A stretch of 64,000 bases of DNA. Origin: Mobula hypostoma (lineage: Eukaryota). Made by a program: the position numbers and the translations under genes. Positions 1-13,510 of this stretch are shown one piece after another. Position 1 is the stretch's first letter. Each line of letters begins with the position of its first letter. Below the pieces are notes generated by a model that was not told the origin of the DNA, did not search any database, and saw only the letters and a list, made by a program, of their open reading frames with translations. The DNA lies in assembly GCF_963921235.1 (NCBI RefSeq), contig NC_086097.1, positions 104,224,001 to 104,288,000 on the forward strand. Reading direction: 5' to 3'.

Positions 1-1495
1 TCTTCAGAGATCATGACCAATGCATCCATTATCTCCTCAGCAACCTGTCTCAGGACTCCGGGATTTAGATAATCTGGTCCAGGTGACTTATCACCTTGAG
101 ACCTTTGAGTTTGCCTAGCACTTTTTCCTTTGTAATAACAATGGCACTCACGCCTGCTCACTGACCTCTGGCACATTGCTAGTGTCTTCCACATTGAAGA
201 CTGATTCAATGTACCCATTATTCATTTGCCATTTCTTTGTCCCCATTACTACCTTACCATCATAATTTTCCAGTGATCCAATATCAACTCTCACACTTTT
301 TTACTCTTTATATAACTGAAAAAACTTTTGGTATCCTGCTTCATATTATTGGCTAGTCTGCCCTCATATTTAATCTTTTCCCTTCTTATTGCTTTTTTAG
401 TTATCTTTTGTTGGATCTTAAGTTGCCAATCATCCAACTTCCCAATCACTCTTGCTACCTTGTATGAACTTTCCTTGGCTTTTATGCAGTCAACTTCCCT
501 TGTCAGCCATGGTTGCCTTCCCTACCATTTGAGAACTTCTTCCTCTGTGGGACATATCTATTCCCAGATATGTGAACTATTCCCAGAAACTTGGCCGGCT
601 TTGCTCTGCTATCATCCCTGCCAATATCATCCTCCAATGCACCTGGGCAAACTCTTCTCTCATGCCTCTGTAAATCCCCTTATTCCATTGTAATACTGAT
701 GCATGTGATATATGCTTCTCCCTCTCAAACTACAGTATGAACTCAATCATATTATGGATCATTGCCTCCTGAGGGTTCCTTTACGTTAAGCTCTGTAATG
801 AGATCTGAGTTATTACACAACACCCAATCTAAGATAGTCTTTCTTCGAGTCGGCTGAAGTACAAGCTGCTCTGAAAAGCCATCTCATAGGCGTTCAACAA
901 AGTCCCTCTTTTGCGATCCGTCACCAACCTGATTTTTCGCAATCCCCTTGCATATTGAAATCCCCCTTACAATTGTGTCATTACCCTTATTACAGGCCCT
1001 TTCCAGGTCCCTTTGCAATCTTAACCTCACATCTTGGCTACTGGTTGGAGGTTTCTTAACTCCACCCAGAAAGACACAACTTTCTCTGACCCTATGTCAC
1101 CTCTTTCTAAGTTGTAATTCCTTCTCTTACAAACAGAGCAACACCACCGCCTATGTCTTCCTGCCTATCTTTTAATACAAAGTATATCCTTTGATGTTAA
1201 GCTCCCGACTATGGCCTTCTTTCAGCCACAACTCGGTGATGCCCACAATGCCATACCGACCAATCTCTATTTGCGCCATGAGTTCGTCCACCTTATTCCG
1301 AATGCTACGTGCATTTAATTACAACACCTTCAGTCCTGCATTCTTCGCCCTTTTGAATTTTGCCTTTGTGGTACGACTTAGCTCTTTACTCTGTCTGCAA
1401 TTGTACACAATCATTGGCTTGTCCTTCCTTACATTCATGTTACATCCATCATCAGCTTGTAAACCTGCTGGCTCATCCTCAGCTCTATCATCCTC
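1..1495 (-). mobile_element. CR1 LINE fragment (inter-ORF region and APE endonuclease), degenerate; continues off the window
   Basis: The minus strand reads AGLKVL*LNARSIRNKVDEL...IVGITELWL, the CR1 endonuclease start. Closely similar to the copy at 31984-34935. Confidence 0.85.
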
Positions 1496-2139
1496 TAATT
1501 CACCTGTTATTCCTCTAAACTCCAGCAGAGCCTCCTTCCTAAGAATCTTTTGGGCGTGCAGTTGCCTCATCCCTGCCACAAACTTATCTTCCTCTAAATA
1601 GAGAGGCCCAACTTGTACAACTAATTGCAACAAGGTGGTAGACAAGGAAAAAGTCAAAATTTCATTTGCCATCCAAGTTACTTGCTGAACCAGCATGTTA
1701 ACTTTAGAGATTCATGTCCAAAGTCATGCAGGTGCCTTGCTTTTGTTTATGTAAGGTGAATACTTTAATTTCCCACGTTATATTCCATCTGCTATACCCT
1801 TTGGCCTATCTATATCCTGCAGGAGCCCCACTGGATCCTCATCACCCATGGCCAGCTAGTCTTCTGAAAATTGATGTATTAAGTATCACCCTATTATCCA
1901 AATCATTAATATCTGTGACATCTCACTGGTCACATGCTTCCAATCTGAAAGAAACTTGTTAAGAATGTATGGTGGGACAGGGCAATGAATATTAAAATTG
2001 AAACATTATGTTGCAGTTGCAGTAAGTTGTTGGTAAGCCCAGATTTTGGGTACTGTGTACAGCTTTGGTTACCCTGTTGTCTGAACGATGTAGTTAAACT
2101 GGGAAGAGTGCAGAAGACTTTTAAGATATTGCCAGAGAA

Positions 2140-4315
2140 AAGGGGAAAAAGGATGGTAAGGTGAAGGAACCACGGTTGACCAGCTGTGGATCATCCAGTC
2201 AAGCAAAAGAAAGCAACTTACTTTAGGTTTAGGAAGCAAGGATCAGACAGGCTGTAGAGAGTTATAAGGTTGCCAGAAAGGAGCTGAACAATGGACTTAG
2301 GAGAGCTAGAAGGGGGCATGAAGAGACCTTGGCAAATAGGATGAAGAGAAACCCCAAGACGTCCGACATGTATGTGAAGAGCAGGAGGATGGCCAGAGTG
2401 AGGGTAGAAACAATCAGGAGTAGAGGAAGCATGTGCCTGGAGCGGGGAGGTCCTTAATGAACACAGTATTCACCAGTGAAAGAGATCTTAACATTTGTGA
2501 GGATAGCACAAAACACGCTGCCCTGCTTGAACATATCAATGTGAAGAAAGAGGAGGTGCTGGAGCTTTGGAAAAAACATAAGGATAGATAAGTCCCCGGA
2601 GCCAGACGGACTATCCCACAGGTTACTATGGGAAGAGTTTGCAGCACTTTTGGCAATGATATTTACATCCTCGAGTAGTACCAGATGATTGGAGGATGGC
2701 AAAATGTCATTCCTTTGTTCAAGCAAGGGGGTAGGAATAACCCTGGGAATTGGTGGGCAAATTATTGGCAAAAACTCTTAGACACAGCATTTACAAGCAT
2801 TTGGAAAACCATAATCTGATTAGGGATAGTCAACATGGCTTTGTGCAGGCCATGTCATGTCTTACGAGCCTAATTGAATTCTTTGAGAATGTGACAAGAC
2901 ACTTGAGCACTGGATTTGTATGGAGGCGTGGGGCCCAGGGAAACTTGGCTGTGTGGATGCAGAGTTGGTTTGCCCATAGAAGGCAGAGAGTGGTACTCAA
3001 TGGAGCATATTTTGCGTGGAGCTTGATGACCAGTGGTGTTCTGCAGGGATCTGTTCTGGGACCCCTGCTCTTTGTAATTTTTACAGATAACTTGGATAGG
3101 GAAGTAGAGGGCGCGTTAGTAAGTTTGCAGATGACACTAAGGTTGGTAGAGTTGTGCAGGGTTATTTTTAGGTTGCAGTGGGACATTGACAGGATGCAGA
3201 GCTGGGCTGAAAAGTGGCAGATGGAGTTCAACCCAGAAAAATGTGTGAAGTGATTCACTTTGGAAGGTCAAATTTGTAGACAGTATACAGGGTTAATGGC
3301 AGGATTTTCGGCAGAGTGGAGGAACAGAGAGATCTTGGGGTCCACGTCCATAGATCCCTCAAAGTTGTCATGCAAGTTGATACGGTTGTTAAAAATATCC
3401 ATAGAACCATAGAACATTACAGCACAGAAACAGGCCTTTTGGCCCTTCTTGGCTGTACCGAACCATTTTTCTGCCTAGTCCCACTGACCTGCACCTGGAC
3501 CATATCTCTCTATACACCTCTCATCCATGTACCTCTCCAAGTTTTTCTTAAATGTTAAAAGTGAGCCCACATTTACCACTTCATCTGGCAGCTCATTCCA
3601 CACTCCCACCACTCTCTCTGTGTGAAGGAGCCTCCCACAATGTTCCCTTTAAACTTTTCCCCCTTCACCCTTAACTCATGTCCTCTGGTTTTTTTTCTCC
3701 CCTAGCCTCAGTGGAAAAAGCCTGCTTGCATTCACTATCTATACCTACCATAATTTTATATACCTCTATCAAATCTCCCCTCGTTCTTCTACGCTCCAGG
3801 GAATGAAGTCCTAACCTATTCAACCTTTCTCTGTAACTCAGTTTCTCAAGTCCCGGCAACATTCTTGTAAACCTTCTCTGCACTCTTTCAACCTTATTAA
3901 TATCCTTTCTGTAATTTGGTGACCAAAACTGCACACAATACTCCAAATTCGGCCTCACCGATACCTTATACAACCTCACCATAACATTCCAACTCTTATA
4001 CTCGATACTTTGATTAATAAAGGCCAATGTACCAAAAGCTCTCTTTACGACCCTATCTACCTGTGACGCCACTTTTAGGGAATTTTGTATCTGTATTCCC
4101 AGATCCCTCTGTTCTACTGCACTCCTCAGTGCCTTACCTGTATGTTCTACCTTGGTTTGTCCTTCCAAAGTATAATACCTCACACTTAATAATAATCCAT
4201 GGTGTGTTTTCCATTAATCGGGGGACTGAATTCAAGACCTGCAAAGAAATGCTGCAGCTCTATAAAACCCTGGTTAGACTACACATTGAATAATTGTGTT
4301 CAGTCTGGTCGCCTT
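2140..4315 (+). mobile_element. Degenerate CR1 LINE ORF2 fragment, interrupted by a younger CR1
   Basis: RT remnants [30 protein letters not shown] and WQMEFN (ORF 2750-3253). Resumes after 4195. Confidence 0.85.
3403..4194 (-). mobile_element. CR1 LINE 3' fragment nested in an older CR1
   Basis: ORF 3671-4183 encodes the CR1 ORF2 C-terminus (RPNLEYCVQFWSP, ERVQRRFTRM). Short tail repeat at the left end; ATCCAT duplicated at 3397-3402 and 4195-4200. Confidence 0.9.
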
Positions 4316-4421
4316 ATCAGAATCAGGTTTAATAGCACTGGCATATGTCATGAAATATGTTGTTTTGTGGCAGCAGTATATTGGAATTCATAATAATAAA
4401 TAACTATAATTACATAAGACA

Positions 4422-5102
4422 CAGTGGATCCCAGTTAATTGGGACACATCGTTATCAGTACATATTGGCCCAATTAAGTGACTGCACCAATTAACCGAAG
4501 CTTCATGCAAATAGTTAAAAAGACAAAGTGCTGTTAACTGAATAACCAATATATATTTAAATGAAATATAGAACCAATTAGAACATTACTAATATTACTA
4601 TAGCACTATAAAACTGTATTAGTTCCTAATAGTTTTCAACTGAGGAATATGCTGCCATGTTCTTTTGACTGTAAATTAACAAAATCAGCGCAGACGTCTA
4701 GTGCAGCTAATGGACTGCCTTATTGCCTTCCAGCATGAATGGCGTCATAATCCAACAATAAATTTCCTGGCATCCTGTCTGTTCACTAACTCATGTTCAG
4801 ACGTACTTTCCTGAATCGGCATCCGTTGATGGGAATGGATAACATAACACACACACAATTGACACTATTTAAAAACTCTTCGCTGTAAGCACAGTATAGT
4901 GTTAATGGCTACACAAGTGCACCTGACTGTTGCTAGTTAGAAACTGTTCAGCAAGAGTCTCCTGTCTCAATTAAGCAGCACACTGTCCCAAATAAACAAA
5001 GGGTATCCTAGCTATTTTCTCGATTAGTTTGTTTCCTTAAGAGTTATCCCAAATGAGCAGCTACCCCAATTAAGCAATGGCCTAATTAACCAGAGTCTAC
5101 TG
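4422..5102. mobile_element. Non-autonomous Tc1/mariner (Tigger/pogo-like) MITE
   Basis: Imperfect terminal inverted repeats CAGTGGATCCCAGTTAATT and AATTAACCAGAGTCTACTG, the latter followed by TA. Repeated subterminal CCAATTAA-like motifs; no transposase ORF. Confidence 0.7.
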
Positions 5103-5397
5103 TATATGCAATAGCTAAAGCGTTTTGCTGTGATTGCAGCTATGCTATTTGATCTGGAGTTGCATTGGATTTTCATATGCACAAATACGTCAGAATTAGT
5201 GTTGAAGATTAGATGAGTAATTGGTACAGTCATTTTGCTATTTTGAATTCATTAGTGTAAATGACTTGTTTCATGTCATTTAAATCAATGGTAATCTGTT
5301 CTGATTTTAGTTTGTTAATTTAGTTATTTGTGCTGGAGAAATAATTACTGCTTTTACAAAAAAGGAATAACACTACTTTCAGTGGGTCATACTTAAT

Positions 5398-5890
5398 GGA
5401 AACATAGAAACATAGAAAACCTACAGCACAATACAGGCCCTTCGGCCCACAAAGTTGTGCTGAACATGTCCCTACCTTAGAAATTACTAAGTTTACCCAT
5501 AGCCCTCTATTTTTCTAAGCTCCATGTACCTATCCAAAAGTCCCTTAAAAGACCCTAATGTATCCGCCTCCACCACCATTGCCGGCAGCCCATTCTACGC
5601 ACTCACCACTCTTTAAAAAAAAAATAGCCCTGAGATCTCCTCTATCTACTCCCCAGCACCTTAAACCTGTGTCCTCTTGTGACAACCATTTCAGCTCTGG
5701 GGAAAAGCTTCTGACTATCCACACTATCAATGCCTCTCATCATCTTATACATCTCTATCAGGACACCTCTCTCCTCTGTCGTTCCAAGGAGAAAAGGCCG
5801 AGTTCACTCAACCTGTTTTCATAAGGCATGCTCCCCAATCCAGGCAACGTCCTTGTAAGTCTCCTCTGCGCCCTTTCTATGGTTTCCACA
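5398..5890 (-). mobile_element. CR1 LINE 3' end immediately upstream of the numb first coding exon
   Basis: (GAAACATA)n tail at 5398-5420 plus CR1 ORF2 C-terminal and 3' UTR sequence. Same family as the 3' end of 23600-25064. Confidence 0.88.
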
Positions 5891-5938
5891 TAATATGCAA
5901 ATTTTTACGCTTGTGTTTCAGGAAGTTGGTGGTTAAAA

Positions 5939-6064
5939 ATGAACAAGTTGCGACAGAGTTTTAGGCGCAAGAAAGATGTATATGTTCCTGAATCAAGCCG
6001 TCCGCACCAGTGGCAGACGGATGAAGAAGCAGTCCGTGGTGGCAAATGTAGTTTCCAAGTTAAG
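5939..6064 (+). CDS. numb: Numb, first coding exon (MNKLRQSFRRKKDVYVPESSRPHQWQTDEEAVRGGKCSFQVK); the exon starts at 5922 with 17 nt of 5' UTR
   Basis: The translation closely matches the vertebrate NUMB N-terminus. Acceptor ttgtgtttcAG ends at 5921 and donor AAG|GTGAGG starts at 6065. 126 coding nt, phase 0. Confidence 0.97.
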
Positions 6065-6874
6065 GTGAGGTCTTGTCTGAATTTTTATTTAACTAAATTC
6101 AATGATTTTGTTTGTGTTTGGATTAAAAAAGATTCTTATGGAACCAGCAAAATGTCAGAATTTCAGAAATAACTGTGGGGCTTCATCACTTCAGGATGTT
6201 ATTGAATATTTTGCTGCATTGCTTTGCAGGCAGGTGGGGTGGCTCTGTTGCTTTTTAAAAAAAAACACAGATCCTTAAGTGACATAAAATCAGAAGATGT
6301 TGAGTCCTTGAGTTAACTAGATTAGATTAGATTAGAACTGCAAGGGTAAAAAGACTGTGATGGGGAGTTATATACAGGCCTCTGAACAGTAGGATGTGGG
6401 GTAAAAATTACAACTGGCTATAGAAAAGGCATGTAAAAAAGGCAATGTTACTATGGCCATGCAGGTAGATTAGGGTAAACAGGTTGGTGCTGCTCTGAAA
6501 CGCCATTTCAGAAGCATTCTCGAGAAAGAATGTGATGGCTTTTTAGAGCAGCACATGGTCGAGTACACAAGGAAAAAGTCAATGCTGGATTGGTTATTCA
6601 ATGAACCAGATTTGGGAGGTTAAGGTAAAGGAACTTTTAGGAAGTTATAATATGATAGAAGTCACTCTGCAGTTTGAGAGGGACAATCTAAAATCAGATG
6701 TATGAGTATTACAGTGGACTAAAGGGAACTATAGAGATATAAGAGAAGAGTTGGACAAAATGGAATGGAAGGGGATACTAGCAGGGTTAACGGCAGAGCA
6801 GCAATGGCTGAAGTTTCTGGGAGAAATTTGAAAGGAGCAGGATTGGTTAATCCCAAAGAAGAAGCATTCTAGAG

Positions 6875-7447
6875 CAAGGGTTCCCAACCTGGGGTCCACG
6901 GATTCCTTGGTTAATGATTCAGTGGTTCCATTTAATATCGGAGAATGTATACAATATACAACCTGAAAGTCTTACTCTCTGCAGACATCCATGAAACAGA
7001 AAAAACCCAAAGAATGAATGGTAGATAAATTGTAAAAACCCCAAAGCCCCCCTTTCCCTACCCACACACAAGCAGCAGCAAAAGCATCAGCCCCCCCCCC
7101 CAACTTATTTCAGTAAAGAGCATCAGTCCCACTACCTACCATGCAACCACAGCAAAGTCCCCAAGGAGACCATGGCTCCCAAGGAGTCCAATGGAAACCA
7201 GTGACCATCCCAACACTTTGACATTTCAACAAGCTCTCTCTTTCTAACAAGGGGGAGAAGGATACCGTTCCTGCCACAGTGAGAGGGAGACCAGCATCTC
7301 TCACTGTTTTGATGTTACAGTCTGCAGTGTTGCTTTGATTTGAGTTCTTAGCAACAAACTCTCACCTTCAGGAGAGAAAGAGCATGATTACCCGAGTGCA
7401 GAGGCCATGGTTGGGGTCCGTGGCATACAAAAGGTTGGGAACCACTG
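6875..7447. mobile_element. Tiny hAT (Charlie-like) MITE split by a ~490-bp insertion
   Basis: Terminal inverted repeats CAAGGGTTCCCAACCT and AGGTTGGGAACCACTG. 8-bp flanks TTCTAGAG and TTCAAGAA (6/8 match; NTCTAGAN-type target). Confidence 0.7.
6918..7405 (-). repeat. Unclassified interspersed repeat, related to 11580-11960
   Basis: GAATGTATACAATATACAACCTGAAA...CAGACATCCATGAAAC...CCCAAAGAATGA is similar to the reverse complement of 11860-11950. Confidence 0.55.
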
Positions 7448-9349
7448 TTCAAGAAGATGTGCAAATTGTGGCTAACAAGGGAAATAAAAGACAGCATAAA
7501 ACCAAAAGGGCGGTATTTTGTACAGTATCACAAAAAAAAAGTGGGAAGTTGAGGATTGGGAAGCTTTTAAAAATCAGCAGAAGACAACCAGATGCAACAA
7601 GGGGAAAAAAATTAAGTATTAAAATAAGCAAACTATTAATATAAAAGTGGATACATGCAGACATAAAGAAAAAAAATAGCTGAAGTCCCTGAGTGGCTTG
7701 ACTGTAGATTGTCCTGGTTCAGCTTGTTCTTCCATTGAGCAAACACTGGAGAGCAGCTCTGGAGGAGGTGGGGGGGGGGGGTGGCGGTCCAGGTCCAACT
7801 CAATACAGATTCCAGTGTGCCCCACAGAGACCTCTGCTGTCTCCCACGCCGTCTCAGCTCTCCTCCCTTGGGCATCAGCAACAGGCCTTTGCATCCGAGG
7901 TGACCTTGCAATATTCTATGTTACCATTGTCCAACAGTGACCAGTACAATCACTCCTACTGTCTTGGCACAACGGTACGTAACAAGTCCAGGGAACAACA
8001 GAACGATAAGCAGTCAGTGCAACTCCATCGCTATTGGACAACTGACTGATGGGATAGTCCTGCAGTACTTGATGTTCTGGGCATCCAGCAGTGACTTGCG
8101 ATCATTAAAATAACTACAAGACGAACAAATGCACCTTTGATTGGACCCAGAGTGGCCAATCCATCCAACCACACTGGAACTTACCGGAACTTAGTGGAGG
8201 CATTTATAGCGATCTTTCAAGAATCACTAGATTCAGTAATGATTCCAGAGGACTGGAAAACCATAAATGTCACTCCACTCTTTAAGGGGTGGTGGGGGTG
8301 AAGGCAAAAGACAGGAAATTATAGGCCAGTTAGCCTGACTTCAGTAGTTGGCAAGCTATTATCATCTATTATTAAGGATGAGGTTTCAGGGTAGCATGAT
8401 AAAATAGACTGAGGTCAGCATGGTTTCCTTAAGGGAAAATCTTGCCTCTGACAGGTCTGTTGGAAATCTTTGAGGAAATAATAAGCAGGATGGACAAAGG
8501 AGAGTCAATGGATGTTATTTACTTGAATTTCAGAAGGCCTTTGACAAGGTGCCACACAGGCTGCTAAACAAGATAAGAACCTTTGGTATTACAGGAAAGA
8601 TACTAGCATGAACAGAAGATTAGCTGACTGGCAGGAGGCAAAGATTAGGAGATAAAGGGGACCTTTCCTAGTTGGCTGCAGGTGACTAGTAGTGTTCTTC
8701 AGGGTCAATGTTGGGACCACTTCACATTATATGTCAATAATTTGGAAGACAGAATTGATGGTTTTGTGTCCAAAGATGGGCAACGGGGCAAGGAGTATGC
8801 GCAAGAACTTAGATTAGGAGAATGAGCGAAGAAGAGGCAAATGGAATATAGTGCAAGGAAGTGTATATTCCTGCACTTTGGAAGAAGGAATAAAGGCATA
8901 GATTATTTTATAAACAGGGAATTCAGAAAGTGGAGGCGCATGGGACTTCAGAATCCTAGTACAGGATTTCCTGGAAGCTTCACTTGTAGATTGTGTCGGT
9001 AGTGAGAAAGGCAAATGCGATGTTAGCATTCACTTTGAGAGGACGAGAATATAAAAGTAAGGATCTAATGCTGGCCTGACCATACTTGGAGTAATCGGAG
9101 CATGAGAATGAACACAGAAATGAAAAGGTTGATGTGTGAGAAATGTAGCCGGTACTTGCTGGAGAATTGAAGAATGTGGGGGCATCTCACTGAAATTCAT
9201 CAAATATTGTAAGGCCTGGTTGGAGCAGATGTGGATAGGATATTTCCATTAGTGGGGAAGTCTAGGACCGGAGGGCACAGCCTCAGAATACAATGTCGAT
9301 TTAGATTGGTTAACCCAATTTAGTTTTAGACTTAAAACTAGAGAACTTC

Positions 9350-11400
9350 AGGGGTCAGCAAATTTTGTGTAGGGGAGGTCATGTGTTGCAAATCTGATCA
9401 CTTTTTTAAGGCAGTAATGAAGAATATTGATTGAAGTATACAGTTCACGTGTTTATGTAGTCTTCAGTAAGGCTCTTGACTACATCTTGCATGGTAGACT
9501 GGTTCAGAAAGTTAAGGCACAGGGAATCCAAGGTGTATTGGCAAACTGGATCAGAAATTGACTTGTTGATAGGATACGGAATATTCATGTGGTTGTTTTC
9601 TCTGTCATGAAGTCTGTTACAAGTGGTGTATTGCAGTGATTGGTGCGGGACCTGTAAGTGATGTATGTACCTTGATTGTGAAGTTTACAAATGACACAAA
9701 ATTTGGTTATATCCTGGGTTACTTCAGGAAGCAAGGAAAGAGAATGCTATGCCCTTGGTGGTTGTCTTTGCATCCTTACTGGCCACTGATGATTGCAGGG
9801 TAGTAATGTTACTCCTTTCTTTAAGGAAGGGAGTAGGGGTAATCCTGGGAATTATAGACCAATGAGTCTTTTTTCAGTGGTGGGCAAATTATTGGAGAAG
9901 ATTCTTAGAGACAGGATTTACAAGTATTTGGAGGAGCATAGTCTAATTAAGGATAGTCAGTATGGCTTTGTGAGGGAGAGGCAGATCATGGCTCACGAGC
10001 CTGATTGAATTCTTTGAGGGTATGATTGAGCACTTTAATGAAGGTGGAGCAGTGGTTTATAGTGATTTTAGTAAGGTGTTTGATCAGGTTCTCCATGGTA
10101 GGTTCATGCTGAAAGTCAGGAGTCATAGTCATAGTCGTAGTAATACTTTATTGATCCTGGGGGAAGTTGGTTTTCGTTACAGTTGCAACATAAATAATAA
10201 ATAGTAATAAAACCATAAATAGTTAAATAGTAATATGTAACTTATGCCAGTAAGTTATGAGATAAGTCCAGGACCAGCCTATTGGCTCAGGGTGTCTGAC
10301 CCTCCAAGGGAGGAGTTGTAAAGTTTGATGGCCACAGGCAGGAATGACTTCCTATGAAGCTCTGTGTTGCATCTCGGTGGAATGAGTCTCTGGCTGAATG
10401 TACTCCTGTGCTCAACCAGTCCACTATGTAGTGGATGGGAGACATTGTCCAAGATGGCATGCAACTTAGACAACATCCTCTTTTCAGACACCGCTGTGAG
10501 AGAGTCCAGTTCCATCCCCACAACATCACTGGCCTTACGAATGCATTTGTTGATTCTGTTGGTGTCTGCTACCCTCAGCCTGCTGCCCCAGCACACAACA
10601 GCAAGCATGATAGCACTGGCCACCACAGACTCGTAGAACATCCTCAGCATCATCCGGCAGATGCTAAAGGACCTCAGGTCATGGTATGGTATCCAGGAAA
10701 ACCTGGCTGTATAGATACAGAATATGCTTGCCTATAGAAGACAGAGGATAGTAGTAGATCAACTGTATTCTGCTTGGAGGTCAGTGACCAGTGGTATCTG
10801 CAGGCATCTATTCTGGGACCCCTGCTCTTTGTGATTTTTATGAATGACTTGGTTGAGGGTGGAAGAGTGGTTTAGCAAAGGGTTGTTGTAGTTTGCAATG
10901 GGACATTGATAGAATGCAGAGCTGGACTGAGAAGTTGGATGGTGTTCAACCCAGAAAGGTGTGAAGTGATACACTTTGCAAAGTCAAATTTGAAGGCAGA
11001 ATGGAGGGTTGAAGGCAGGTTTCTTAGCAGTGTGGAGGAACAGAAGGATCTTGGAGTCCACATCCATAGATCACTCAAAACTGTCATTAGACGGGATTGA
11101 GTTCAACAGCTGTGCGATAATGTTACAGCTGTTTTACACCATGAATATTCTTTTCCGTTATGGTCACTTCATTATGGGAAGCTTTAAAGAGAGGGTGCAG
11201 AGGAAATTTATCAGGATGTTGCCTGGACTGGAGGGCTGTCTTGGGATGATAGCTTATGTAAGCTTATGGCATTTCCCTTTGGAACGAAGGAGGGTGAGAG
11301 GTGACTTGTTAGAGGTGTACAAAAAGTATAAGAGGTATAGATAGAGTGGATAACCAGAGAATTTTTTTCAAGGCAGAAATGACTAATAGAATGGGACATA
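9350..11400 (+). mobile_element. CR1 fragments (RT region and C-terminus) interrupted by a Rex1-type element
   Basis: NVTPFFKEG..GNYRPMSL, DFSKVFD and EEQKDLGV in ORFs 9793-11344. Confidence 0.8.
10123..10676 (-). mobile_element. Rex1/Babar-type LINE 3' fragment
   Basis: Open 124-aa C-terminal ORF (MFYESVVASAIMLAVVCWGS...SFLPVAIKLYNS) and a (GACTAT)n tail. Near-identical copy at 36768-37252. Confidence 0.8.
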
Positions 11401-11579
11401 GCCACCATATTACCCAAGATATCTTTAGGGAGCAGTGCCTCAGAAAAGCGACTTCCATCATCAAGGATCCCCACCACCCAGGACATGCTCTCTTCTTATT
11501 GTTACAGTCAGGAAGGAGGTACAGAAGCCTGAAGGCACATACTCAGTGATTCAGGAACAGCTTCTTATTATTGACATTG

Positions 11580-11960
11580 TAAATCAGCGAGTTGTTTGTT
11601 TGTCTTTCCTTTCGCTGTGAAACAGGGACACCTCTTTTTTTCCCTTATTAGGGAGAAAGAGAGCCTGTGGTATGTCGAATGACTGGGTGAATGAGTAGTC
11701 CCTGGGGTACTGCAAGTCTGTCTCTTTACTGATACTTTGCTGCACGCTTGAGTGCTCAGTGGAGGGTGCTGATCCTCTTTTGCTGGTGGGGGTAGAGGGG
11801 TCATTGCCTTGCTGCTGCTTGTGCGTGGGAGGGGACTTTGTAATGTTGTAACTGTCACTCATTCTTTGGGGCACTCCTCTGTTTTCGTGGATGTTTGCGA
11901 AGAAGAAGAATTTCAGGATGTATATTGTATACATTTCTCTGACATTAAATGTACCTCTTA
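11580..11960 (+). repeat. Unclassified interspersed repeat, related to 6918-7405
   Basis: Similarity to the other copy in the window; non-coding. Confidence 0.5.
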
Positions 11961-12689
11961 AAACCTATTGCATTGTACTGCTGCCACAAAGTTAACAAAT
12001 TTCACGACATATGCTGTGATATTAAACCTGATTCTGATAATTTTAAGGTAACTGGAGGAATAGAGGGAATGTCAGAGTTAGTTCTTTATACTGAAATTGG
12101 TGGATGCATTGAACGCCCTGCCAGGAATGGTGATTGAGCCAGATGCATTAGGGGGATTTAAGGATGGATGTTGGAAAAATGCAAGGCTATGTAAGAGGGA
12201 ATGTTTAGATTGATCTTAGAGTAGGTTAAAAGGTTGGTACAATATCATGGGCCAAAAGCCTTGTACTGTGGTGTAATTTTTCTTTGGTGGAGTATAGACA
12301 GGGAAGATGGGTGTCTAAGAATGCAATACGACATGGATCAGCTGAACAGTGGCAGTTTGAACTTAATCCATACAAGTGAGGTAACACTTTGGGAGATCAA
12401 ATTCTGTTTGGACATATCGACGAAATGGCAGGGAGTGTTGGTGCAGTGTGATACTTCGGGCTGCAAGTCCATCGTTCCCTGAATGGGAGGGTACAGTAGT
12501 GAAAAGAGGCATTTGATATACTTTTATAGACTGAAGCATCAACTATAAATGTTGGGATGTCATATTGCAGTTGTGTAAAATTTTGTTAAATCACACTAAG
12601 AGGAGTATGTACAGTTTAGGTTGCCATGCTAAAAAGAAGGTTGTGATCACAACAGAAAGAGCAGAAATTTATTGAGAGATAACGCACTA

Positions 12690-12920
12690 CAGGATTTGAT
12701 GCCCCAACAAGCCACACTGCCCAACAATCCTTCATTTAACCCTTACCGAATCACAGGACAATCTGCTAACTTGAATGCCTTTGTACTGTGGGACGAATCC
12801 AGAGCACCCAGAGGAAACACATCTGCGACCTACAACTTACAGAGGATGGCGAAACTGAACTCCAAACTCTGTCCTGAGCTGTAATAGTGTCGCACTAATC
12901 GCTACATACTGTGGCACCCT
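12690..12920 (-). mobile_element. tRNA-derived SINE (V-SINE/HE1-like), degenerate
   Basis: The minus strand begins GGGTGCCACAGTATGTAGCGATTAG...GGAGTTCAGTTTC, an A-box/B-box-like head similar to 22572. Confidence 0.55.
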
Positions 12921-13204
12921 CGATTCACCAGAGTGTTGGGGAATGGAAGGTCATGATTATGTTGAGAGATTGTATTGGTTGGGTTTGTTTTTACTGGAAT
13001 TTAGGAGGCTGAGTGGTAACTTCATAAGTGTTCATAAAATTATGATGGACATGGATAGGTTTGTTGGAATCTTTCTTCAGGTAGGAAAGTCGAGAACTGG
13101 AGGGCACAAGTTTAAGGTGAAAGCGGAGAAAGTTAAAGGAGATCTAAGGGGTAAGTTTTTCCACAATGTTGTGATCTAGAAACAGTTGCCAAAGGAGTTG
13201 ATAA

Positions 13205-13510
13205 TGGTTAGTATAATGCTTTGCAATGGCAGCTGTATGATTGAGGTTCAATTCTCACTGCTGATTTTACTGAGTGTGTTCTCCCCATGACTGCGTGGGT
13301 TTGCTCTTGGTGCACTGGTTTCCTGCCACATTTCAGAAGATGTACAGGTTAGGGTTAGTAAGTTGTGGATATTCTATGTTGGCACCGGGAGTGTGATGAC
13401 AATTGTGCACTCCCCCAGCACATCCTCAGACTAGTTTTGTCATTGATGCAAATAACTCATTTCACTGGACGATTCCATGCGTATTTGACAAATAAAGCTA
13501 ATCTTTATCT
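13205..13510 (+). mobile_element. tRNA-derived SINE
   Basis: B-box-like GGTTCAATTC and V-SINE-like core GTTCTCCCCATGACTGCGTGGGTTT...GGTTTCCTGCCACA; ends AATAAAGCTAATCTT. Confidence 0.65.

Larger units (their letters stand above)
6340..9295 (+). mobile_element. Degenerate CR1 ORF2 (endonuclease to C-terminus) carrying nested insertions at about 6875-7447 and 7675-8180
   Basis: CR1 blocks GNYRPVSLTS, QHGFLKGKSCL and FQKAFDKVPH, with many stops and frameshifts. Confidence 0.8.

Noticed and set aside
6065..6172. C-terminal part of the 77-aa ORF 5939-6172
   Set aside because: Numb similarity stops at a canonical GT donor at 6065; the rest is intron read-through.
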